NCBI RefSeq assembly: GCF_006345805.1
Contig: NC_043001.1
Coordinates: 45,880,001-45,944,000, forward strand
DNA from: Octopus sinensis
Lineage: Eukaryota
Direction of reading: 5' to 3'
Length of the DNA stretch: 64,000 bases
Of this stretch, positions 11,868-21,840 are shown piece after piece; the stretch's first letter is position 1, and the number at the start of each line of letters is the position of its first letter. A model generated the notes under the pieces. The model was given only the letters and a program-made list of their open reading frames with translations, did not search any database and was not told the DNA's origin. The position numbers and the translations under genes were made by a program.

Positions 11868-13653
11868 TTAATGAAACTTAGAGAATACAAATCTGCCTTT
11901 ATGCAGACAAAAAATATTATTTTCATATTTCTTATTGAGTAATGGTGATTTGGCCATTAATATTAGTAGTTTTTCTGTTTCACAGAACTGACAGCACTTA
12001 CTTTTAATGGTGTAAGACGAAGTTTTTGCTAGGATACGCCATTCTAAACTATAGTTGATTTTTTTTGTAGACTTTGCTTTACTTCTATTTCTAAATGTAG
12101 ATTGGTGGGAATTGTATCTAAGAAGCATTTCATTTTTCGTGGTTCCTATATAAGATTTTGTATGGTTATTTGTGAGTACGTTGCATTGGTATATTACGTT
12201 TTTTATTTTACACCTATTGGAGAATTGACACTTATTTCTGTCTCTGCAGCCACATAAATTATCCAGTTTATCTGTGCTTATGTTATGTTGAGGGGCGTAA
12301 TTATTTATCAGGTCTGTGTTGTTTGTGGGTGGGCTATCAGGGACGAGATTAATTCCATTTGCTTGTTGGCTGTTATGTCTTATGCTGGTATTTTTCCTAG
12401 TTTCGTAGCTTATTATTGTTGATCGAGGCTATGATGGTAGCTACGTTACTAGTAAGGCTATGGCCTACTCTAATTTTATTCTTAAAGATTTCTGAGTATT
12501 TGTTATTCAAGTTCAAGTGCTTACCTACAAGTCTCATTATGGAGTGAACTATGTTAGATTTAAGCTGCATCGCGTAGGGGATTATTAACCAGATCTTATC
12601 ACTATTTCGTTTATATTTAATATTATTATTTTTGATGTAGAAGCTCTCCTCAGTTTTCGTGTAGAGTGTAAAGTTGCTGTTATGATTATTATTTTTCTTT
12701 CTATAGTTATTTTTATTTTTGTTATTGTTAGTGTGGGTTTTATTAGGGTTATTTCTGTATGGTTTTCTTAAGTTATATGGCTGGGTGTTAACAATCTTCA
12801 CTGGGGTTATATTGGTTCTTTGGGTTTCATTGGTTTTATTCTTATTAATATTATTATTATTATTATTATTATTGTTAATCATGTTAGTATTCTTAATTTT
12901 ATTAATTTTCACATTTTTGGTATTAGTTTTATTATCATTTTTAATGTTGTTTGTTATCTTAGTATGAATCTTAGCATTATTTCTACAGTTTTTGTTTTTG
13001 ATATTATTGTTATTAAACTTATCTATGTTGTTCATATTTTTAATGTGGTTATTAGTTTCGTTTGGAGTGTGGTTAGAGTTGTGATAATTGTCTTGGGCAT
13101 TTATATTATTCCAGTTATTTGTGTAGTGTTCTAAGTCTAGGTATTTAATTTTTTGTTTGTACCCTGCTTTTTCTAATGTGCTATTGTAGAAATCCTTATA
13201 CTTATTGAAGATATCTAGGTTAGAGGAAAGGTGTGAAATTCTTTTGCTAATGCTATATACTAACCCTCTTTTAATAAAGTTTGGATGGTTACTGGATGTG
13301 CTTATATACTTGAGGTTTGTATTAAGTTTTACGTAGGGTTCATGGAGTCCCATGGCTAGGTTGCAGTTGGCATCTAGGTAATTTATAGAGGAATCTTTCA
13401 AAAATTTATATAGTTTTTTCTTAATGAGTTCTAATTTCCTATTAGAGACGTTTTTTAGTATGAATAGTGCATCATCCCTATATAGCCTACCCTTGATTTC
13501 TGGGAATTCTTCCTGTAGGTATGATAACAAATAAATACCTACTAAGTCTGTAACCTGTGCTGAATCTGGGGCTTCCATAGTGATATCAAAGTTATTCGGG
13601 GAGTCTTTTCTTACCCATAGTTTATTATCGAAAGGTATTACTGATTTTCTCAC
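11868..13653 (-). pseudogene. PLE polyprotein remnant (partial RT, Asn-rich linker, GIY-YIG endonuclease)
   Basis: ORFs 12397..13653 and 11868..12128 join across one frameshift near 12400. The second frame reads RKNTSIRH...DNLCGCRD...YIGTTKNEMLLRYNSH. The N-terminal RT half is missing. Confidence 0.88.
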
Positions 13654-13704
13654 TTCTAAGATTACATTAATTTCTCCCCTTGTCTATATATATTTATATA
13701 CATA

Positions 13705-14054
13705 TCATCATCATCATCATCGTTTAACGTCCGCTTTCCATGCTAGCATGGGTTGGACGGTTCAACTGGGGTCTGGGAAGCCCGCACCAGGCCAGTCAGA
13801 TCTGTCAGTGTTTCTACAGCTGGATGCCCTTCCTAACGCCAACCACTCCGTGAGTGTAGTGGATGCTTTTTATGTGCCACCGACACAGGTGCCAGATGAG
13901 GCTGGCGAATGGCCACACTCGGATGGGGCTTTTTTTGTGCCACCGACACAGGTGCCAGATGAGGCTGGCGAATGGCCATGCTCGGATGGTGTTTGTTACG
14001 TGCCCACAGCACGGAGGCCAGTCGATGTGGTACTGGCTACGGCCACGTTCGGAT
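13705..14054 (-). mobile_element. RTE-type 3' tail repeat
   Basis: Same sequence family as 5551-5752; abuts the truncated 5' end of the PLE. Confidence 0.85.
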
Positions 14055-14255
14055 ATATATATATATAGAGCGGCCTTCGGGCTAAAACAATTTTAAGGAT
14101 TTTAAGGATATATTTATATATACATACATATAAATACCTATATATAATTATATATATATATACATATATATAGATATCTATATATAATTATATATGTATA
14201 TACATATATATCTATATATAATTACATATGTATATACATATATATACATATACTC

Positions 14256-14612
14256 TTTATTCTTTTACTTGTTTCAGTCATTTGACTGCGGCCATGCTGG
14301 AGCACCACCTTTAATCGAGCAACTCGACCGCGGGACTTATTCTTTGTAAGCCCAGTATTATTCTATCGGTCTCTTTTGCTGAACCGCTAAGTAACGGGGG
14401 CATAAACACACCAGCATCGGTTGTCAAGCAATGCTAGGGGACAAACACAGACACACAAACATATATATATATATACATATATACGATGGACTTCTTTCAG
14501 TTTCTGTCTACCAAATCCACACACAAGGCTTTGGTCGGCCTGAGGCTATAGTAGAAGACACTTGCCCAAGGTGCCACGCAGTGGGACTGAACCTGGAACC
14601 ATGTGGTTGGTA
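14256..14612 (-). mobile_element. tRNA-derived SINE (family B)
   Basis: Near-identical to 2378-2760. Confidence 0.85.
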
Positions 14613-15095
14613 AGAAAAAGGAAACCATGACGGTCTTCTGGAGGACATTTGTCCTCAGCCACCTGTATTACTGCTCCCAGCTATGCTCACCCAACAGTGT
14701 AAAATTAACCGCGGTCTTGAAGCAATCCAGCAAAGCTTCACAAAAAAGATTGTCTTATTGCAACAGTTCAGCTACTGGAAAAGGCTGAAACAGCTAAGAC
14801 TCTACTCTCTGGAGCAAATGCGGGAGAAGTATGCAGTAATATTTATCTGGAATATCCTTAGAGGAATTGTGCCAAATTTGGCATGGAAAGCTACACCAAT
14901 GCCAGAAGGGGGTCGACACTGCACAATGCCATCACACTTCAGCACGAGTTAGTGCAACAGCCTGCGTTCAGGGTCCATAGCTTTTCAATATTCTCTCAAA
15001 GAGCCTGAAGGACCTATACAATGTAGATGTAGATGTTTTCAAATCAAAATGTTGAGAGTCTCGGATGAATCTATCTTGCTGCAAATGTCACATAT
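14613..15095 (+). mobile_element. CR1-like LINE 3' fragment
   Basis: WRTFVLSHLYYCSQLCSP / LEAIQQSFTKKI...SYWKRLKQLRLYSLEQMREKY..IWNILRGIVPN, with a frameshift. Confidence 0.8.
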
Positions 15096-15129
15096 TAGAG
15101 GGGGCTCTGAATAATAAGAGTGTAGCAAA

Positions 15130-15480
15130 ACGGTGGTGCCCTAGCATGGCCACAGGTCTGAGCTGAAAGGAGAAAAAATATAACCTCAGGCCAACTAAAG
15201 CCTTGTGAGTGGATCTGGTGAACAGAAACTGAAAGAAGCCTGTCGTATATGTGCATGTGTGTGTGTGTATGTGTATGTGTGTGTGTGCGTATGCATGTGT
15301 TTGTCTCCCTACCATCCTTGACAACTGGTGTTGGTGTGTTTATGTCCCTGTAACTTGGCAAACGAGAGTGATAGAATAAGTACTAGGCTTAAAAAAATAA
15401 GTCCTACGGTCGATTTGTTTGACTGAAGGTGGTACTCCAGTATGGCTGCAGCCAAATGACTGAAACAAATAAAAGTAAAG
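15130..15480 (+). mobile_element. SINE family B, partial
   Basis: gccttgtgagtggat...gaaactgaaagaagcc...gactgaaacaaataaaag. Confidence 0.75.
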
Positions 15481-15585
15481 AATATATAAAGATATATATA
15501 TACACAATTGCAGCATGGAAGGTGTTTATAAGCCATTTGAAAACACACAAAAACCGTTAGATTCACTTCAACGTTTAAATTTAAG

Positions 15586-15635
15586 TTGTCAAAGTATTTT
15601 CATCGCTTTGAGACCGAGACCTGTTCACCGACAAA
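15586..15635 (-). ncRNA. Hammerhead-like motif, G3:C8 core variant (copy 1)
   Basis: tttgtcg-GTGAACA-G-GTCTC..GCGAT-GAA-AATACT-T-TGACAA; retains G12, but stems II and III are mutated. Confidence 0.55.
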
Positions 15636-15694
15636 ATTCCATGCTGCATCTGAGAAAGTGACAGTTAGTTATTTTCTCTAATGCAGCATGGAAT

Positions 15695-15745
15695 TTTGTC
15701 AGTGAACAGGTTGCGGTCTGAAAGCGACAAAAATATTTTGACAAA
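15695..15745 (+). ncRNA. Hammerhead-like motif, G3:C8 core variant (copy 2)
   Basis: TTTGTCA-GTGAACA-G-GTTGC..GCGAC-AAA-AATATT-T-TGACAAA; 7-bp stem I, palindromic stem III, G12A. Confidence 0.6.
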
Positions 15746-15981
15746 TTAAATTTAAATGTTGAAGTGAATCTGATGGTTTGTGTGTGTTTTTAAATGGCTT
15801 ATATAAATACCTTCCACACTGCAATTATTTTTGTTCAGCACATGATGTCAGATCAGGTCACTTGCTATGCAAGTACAACTCCATAATATATATATATATT
15901 TATATATATAAAAATATATATATATGTATATCATCATCATCATTGTTGTTGTCATCATTATCATATATGTATATAAAAATA

Positions 15982-16030
<49 letters not shown>

Positions 16031-16156
16031 TTATATGTATATTTATGTATATATATATATATATTTATTTATATTTATATATATAAATATACATAAATAT
16101 ACATATATATTGATATATATTTATATATGAATGTGTATATATATATATATATAAAC

Positions 16157-16362
16157 ACGAGATGCAGCACGGCCTTTGTCAGTGAACAGGTCGCGGATTT
16201 TAGCGACAAAAATATTTTGACAAATTAAACTTAAATGTTGAAGTGAATCGAACGGCTTTTGTGTGTTTCTTAAATGGCTTATAAACACCTTCCACGCTGC
16301 AATTGTCTTCGTTTCAGCACACGATCTCAGATCAAATTACTTGCTATGCGAGTACATCTCCC
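16157..16362 (+). mobile_element. Third copy of the ~200-bp HHR-bearing repeat, flanked by (TA)n
   Basis: Homologous to both arms at 15504-15882. Confidence 0.85.
16175..16224 (+). ncRNA. Hammerhead-like motif, G3:C8 core variant (copy 3)
   Basis: TTTGTCA-GTGAACA-G-GTCGC..GCGAC-AAA-AATATT-T-TGACAAA; perfect stems I-III, G12A. Confidence 0.65.
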
Positions 16363-17104
16363 TATATATATATAAACATACACATATATAGACAAGCATG
16401 CACAAACTTATATCTGTTTGTGCTTGCACATTACGTTATTGCTCTTGACATCTAACCTTGCCTAGAGTCTTTTAATTGAGTGGCTTTGTGTATGTCAGCA
16501 TACATGTGTATATCTGCTCATATGAGTGTGTGCGTATGAATGCATATTTGCTTTCATATTTCCATCAAAAACCATATATCTATAACCCTACTGAAGCAGA
16601 CAGTCTAGCACATAATTAATGTCATGATTAAACAAAGAATTTAATGAAAGCTATAAAAAAAAAATGTCTCTACCGCCTCCAAACTTTCCAGTCTTCACCA
16701 TTCTCTCTGAAAACACAAAAACAACAAAAAGCACACACAATATAAATGCATATTAAGTTGACTTTCAGCCAGCATTTCAAATAAACCACAGAAATAGAGG
16801 CAACAAGAGGCTTTTTTTTTCTTTTTGGCACGTCATTAGGGCTTTCATTCTGTTTCTGGCAGGAGTGTGATACAGATGCTGGTTTATATTTAGCTGACTG
16901 GGCAACCAAATTCCATCTTTTGTTTATTTGATATTTTATTGCTTTAGTCATTATCTTTGTAATTCATGTTTATTTTGTGATACAAACACATAGATATGCT
17001 CAATATACCCTCATGTAAGAAGTGTGAGATGTGCAGTATGATATATGCTTCTCATATGACACACACACACACACACATATACATAAATATAACATTAGGT
17101 ACAG

Positions 17105-17475
17105 ACAGGGCTGTATGGTTAAGAAGCTTGCTTTGCAACCCTGTGGTTTTAGGTTCAGTCTCACTACATGGCACATTGGACAAGTGTTTTCTACTATTAA
17201 TGCCTTGTGAGTGAAGTTGGTAGACTGAAACTGTGTGGAAGGTGGCAAGCTGGCAGAAGCGCTAGCACGCCGGCCGAAATGCTTAGCGATATTTCGTCTG
17301 CCGTTACGTTGAGTTCAAATTCTGCTGAGGTTGACTTTGCCTTTCATCCTTTCGAAGTTGATAAATTAAGTACCAGTAACACACTGGGGTCAATGTAATC
17401 GACTTAATCCCTTTGTCTGTCCTTGTTTGTCCCCTCTATGTTTAGCCCCTTGTGGGCAATAAAGAAATAAGAAAC
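17105..17475 (+). mobile_element. SINE B head interrupted by a near full-length SINE A (17239-17470)
   Basis: gaaactgtgtggaag occurs on both sides of the SINE A (TSD-like). Confidence 0.8.
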
Positions 17476-18347
17476 TGTGTGGAAGCCTCGTTGTTTGTAT
17501 GTATGTATTATAGTTTGTTAAAGTATTGGGGTTGATTTATTGGACTAAAATCCTTCAAGGTTTGACTAAAACCACCCTAGCATGGCCACAGTCCAATGAC
17601 TGAAACAAGTAAAAAACAAAAAAAATGTCTATTTTGGATGCAGTATGATCACATACACGTGTGTGTGTGTGGGGGTGTGTATTATGGCTGTAGCATGACT
17701 GAGTGGTTGAAAAGTTTGCTTCACAATCCCTAGATCCTTGATTTGAATCAACAGCATTAGATTTTGGGTAAGCACCCTTTTACTATTGCCTTGAGTCAAC
17801 CTATGCCTTGGGTGTGAACTTGATTAGGTGGAAGCTGTGTGAAAGCCTGCTGGATGGATTGTATGTATAATTCAACTTAAGGATACTATTGGATTGGATG
17901 CTCAACCACTTAATTCAATGAACATCACACAATTGATCAATCGATGGAAGCCTCATTGACATGTATGTATGTGTACAAATATCAGACACTGGTTTGTAAT
18001 AGCAATCAGACATTTGCCTGATTGCTATTATACTCTGCAATTAATGCACCAACCAATTAATTGGTGAATACTTTTGGTTTACAGTTTCTATGGAACACTT
18101 GGTATTGTTAACCTATATTCCTCACTTGACTTTCTGTTAGCCAGGTTTTCTTTTTTTCACATGGAGTGCTGAGGTATTCACCTGGATTTCTTCACCCCCT
18201 GTTTTCTATCACTATATATATAAATGTATATGTATGTATTATATATATGAATAAATCATAACTTAACTGCAAAGATTTTTTACACATAGTATAAGGCATT
18301 ATCATCACCAATTTAAAATAGAAAAACATTAGGTTCTCTGACCGGAG

Positions 18348-18542
18348 TTAAACTGTTCTTCTTTTGGCAAGACTCAAAGGTCCAGGAAACTTTTGGCTGC
18401 TGAGAGATGTTGGCATGCAATGTCCCAGAAGCTTGCATGCCAGTGAATCAAGTGTGTTGAATACATTATCATTATGAAAGAGAGAAATTTTACTCCTTTG
18501 ACATATGTTACAGTGACCAGCATATTTTGCTTTTGAAGCTGT
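18348..18542 (-). CDS. Candidate terminal coding exon, product unknown
   Basis: Acceptor ttcttaatacgtctag, then 64 open codons TASKAKYAGHCNICQRSKISLFHNDNVFNTLDSLACKLLGHCMPTSLSSQKFPGPLSLAKRRTV* in non-repetitive sequence. Confidence 0.35.
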   Translation of the reverse strand, partial: TASKAKYAGHCNICQRSKISLFHNDNVFNTLDSLACKLLGHCMPTSLSSQKFPGPLSLAKRRTV

Positions 18543-20544
18543 CTAGACGTATTAAGAATTAATATGCAAATAATTGTAACTATATATAATAAATGTTTAA
18601 CAACCATTTAACTGATCTGTTCAATCCCCACAAGTAATTTCATTTATTTTACACATAATTCATCAATCACTTAACTCTGTAGGACTTATCTGTTCTACTT
18701 ATGGCCAGCACAGTGAAGTATGACATCTTGATTTGATGTTCAGCATAAGGTCTGTCAGATTTGCCAAATGATTTGTATCTATATACCTCATAAAATCATT
18801 ACAAATATTTCTGTTTAGTACCAACAGATACATTTAATTGAGTCCATTGCTATGTAAAACAACTATTTGAACACAATTCCATAAACTTGTAAAATATTGA
18901 TAAACCTTGCAGTTGCTTAAATGTCAAACAGAAGGAAATATAAAATATCCAATTATTCATATCATCATTTTAATGCTCACTTTTCCATGCTTGCATGGGT
19001 CATAGTTTATTGAGGTAGGTTTTTAACCAATGGCTGCCTCCCAAGGTAATATTTCCCCATGGCCAGAATCTTTTCACAGAATCTGCTAGTACAACAGTGA
19101 CACTCTTATAACTATCATGTGATGTCAAGACAAGGAGATACAAGCATATATATATATATATATATATACAGGTCGTTGTTGACTTGTGACCTATTGACTT
19201 TATGACAATTGACACTCCAGCAATAATAAATAGTCCAGTTGAAATCTAATGGGTTGAATTTCTTAGAAATTAACCCATCTATGGGGGATGTTAGCTAACA
19301 AATGCTTCCCCTAGGTTTGGTTATTGATTGCCACTGTGGTTATTCCAAGTGTTGGATGAATATCCTGTCGTGGAGACATCAAGGCAACCTCGCATTTGTT
19401 TTTAAGACAACTGCTTGAGACTCCAAAATTTTTGACTAATGCCAGCATAATAGTATAATACAGAATGCTGTGTGTAACTCTTACCTGAGAATGAAAAATA
19501 TAAAACAAAGTTATGTAGACCTGTAGGCCGACCTATGACCAGTCAGTTGGAACCAATTGTGGTCGTAAGTTGACGACCTGTATACATATTATATAGTTTT
19601 CTTTTAGTTGCTGTCAACAAAATCCACTTACAGAGCTATAATAGAAGATACTTGCCCAAGGTGCCATCCAGTGGGACTGAACTGAAACTGTGGTTGGGAT
19701 GCAGACTAAATTACTCTCAAGTATCTAACTGATGATTTAGTTTCACCTTTATATCAAAGCATATTTGGAAAAATACTAAATTTCATTTTTACATTCACTT
19801 TTGACTAGCTCTATATTATATATGTGGTTTATGAAGGGACATGATATAGCATGCCAATTTGTTTGCAAGTGGAGAAAAACCAACTCCTTGCTATTGTAAC
19901 TCACTAACTATATGTCACATCTGTCAAACATTTTACCTTCTCATGTTTTTCTCAAGTTGCTCTTCACTTTATTTAATTGTTCACATTATTAGTCTACTCA
20001 ATTAGAACTGACAAGAGGTTACACAATCCTATATACTGCATAAAAAGTTCTATTATTGTCTTCTCTGCTCATTATGCTACTTGGTGGTATACCCTGAGAA
20101 GTTGGTAACCTCTTGATCCTGAATAAATTTCTATTGCATAATATAATTTGTACCTACATGCACACAGATAACGTGTTGGAAGTAGCTGCAGTGCATTGAA
20201 CTGAATATAGTAAATGTTTTATGCAGACCAACAGTGGGATGTAATGTAATGTTGAAGCAGACTGGCAAGATTTGAACTCAGTCATTAATCAATGAAATTA
20301 ATTACTGCTCAGCATGTTACCATCTGTGCTACCCTTACAGACCTGATAAGGAGATCACAATAAATTGTATCAAAATAATAATAATAATAATGGTTTCAAA
20401 TTTTGGCATAAGGGAGTAGGGTTAGTTGCATGTTTATGTACTTCATAATTTAAGTTTGCATGTTTCGAAATAACTTAAGACAGAAGTTTAAGTTCCATCC
20501 CATATATTTGAAAATATTTATGAAGCTTGTTGATAAGTTATTAT

Positions 20545-21090
20545 TCATCATCATCATTTAGCGTCCGCTTTCCATGCTAGCATGGGTTGGACGGTTCAAC
20601 TGGGGTCTGTGAAGCCAGAAGGCTGCATCAGACCCAATCTGATCTGGCAGTGTTTCTACGGCTGGATGCCCTTCCTAACACCAACCACTCCGTGAGTGTA
20701 GTTCATATTCATGCAAAATCTTGCAAGAAGCAAATCATCATCACCATCATTTAACATTCACTTTCCATGCTGGCATGGGTTAGACAGTTTGACTGGAACT
20801 GGTAAGCTGCACCAGGTTCCAATCTGATTTGGCATGGTTTCTATGGCCAGATGCCCTTCCTAATGCCAACCACCCCAAGAGTGTGTGTTATGTGACACTG
20901 GTATGTGGGCCATTTATATGACATTGGAAACAGTAACACCAACGATTTCACTTGGCTTGACAAGTTTTCTCAAGCACAGCATATTGCCAAAGATCTTGGT
21001 CACTTGTTACCCCTGTGAGGTCCAACATTTGAAGATCAAGTTTCACCACCTTTACCCTTCCCTCTGTGAGGCCCAACATCCGAAGATCAT
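20545..21090 (-). mobile_element. Two adjacent RTE-tail repeats (young 20545-20702, older 20735-21090)
   Basis: Match to the 9600-10320 sequence. Confidence 0.75.
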
Positions 21091-21454
21091 GCTACCAGCA
21101 ATGGCCACAATTATAATTCTAAATTTACCTTGGTGAGAACGTAAGTCAGATGAAATGCTGCCAAGTATTTCGTCCCATGCTGTAATGATTCAGCCAGATT
21201 GCTACCTTAAATCAGTTCTATGTTTTAATGCAGCACAGCAAGTGAGTTTGTAACAATAGACTAAATATTCCCATCTTTCCTGCTCTACTTCACATTTCAT
21301 CCTTTTGGAGTCAATAATATATGTATGGATCTATGAAATCAGTACTGAAGTAAATGTAATTGACTATGTCCTAGAAGTTGCGCTCCAGCATGGCCAGAGA
21401 ACAATGTCTAATTCTAGCAATACATTCTCTTCTTTCTCCTGTTTCTGTTTAGTA

Positions 21455-21840
21455 CACAAGCATGGCTGTGTGGTAAGAAGCTTACTTCCCAAACACATGG
21501 CTCCAGGTTCAGTCCCACAGCATAACACCTTGGGCAAATGCCGTTTAGTATAGTCTCAGGCTGACCAAAACCTTGTGAGTGGATTTAGTAGACAGAAACT
21601 GAAAGAAGCCCATCATATATATCTATATGTGTGTGTATCAGTTTGTATTGCACTGCTGCTTGATAACTGGTGCTGGTGTGTTTACATCCCCATAACTTAG
21701 CAGTTTGGCAAAAGGAAATGATAGAATAAGTACCAAGCTTTAAAAAATAAATTCTGGAGTTGACTCATTTGTCTAAAAATTCTTCAAGGCAGTGCCCCAG
21801 CATGGCTGCTGTCTCATGACTGAAACAAGTAAAAGACAAA
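21455..21840 (+). mobile_element. SINE family B
   Basis: catggctgtgtggtaagaagcttacttcc...ggttcagtccc...gactgaaacaagtaaaag. Confidence 0.8.

Larger units (their letters stand above)
10835..13670 (-). mobile_element. 5'-truncated Penelope-like (Naiad-type) retroelement
   Basis: RT motifs FDITMEAPDSAQVTDLVGIYLL, LYRDD and SNHP; linker IWLIIPY...KHL; EN CGCRDRNKCQFSNRC..VIYQC..YIGTT..RYNSH..LEWRIL..CQFCETEK..LNKK..CLHK; ~1 kb 3' UTR with an HHR-like motif. Confidence 0.9.
15504..15882. mobile_element. Inverted pair of a ~200-bp HHR-bearing repeat
   Basis: 15504-15649 is the imperfect reverse complement of 15681-15826, with a 31-nt spacer; homologous to 16157-16362. Confidence 0.85.

Noticed and set aside
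2870-13653. Selenocysteine recoding in the Naiad-type PLEs
   Set aside because: Conserved Cys positions are ordinary TGT/TGC. The stops seen are TAG or lie at non-Cys positions.
5203-19508. ORF-like unique stretches at 5203-5519, 16670-16951 and 19311-19508
   Set aside because: They lack a matched pair of convincing splice sites and any recognisable motif.
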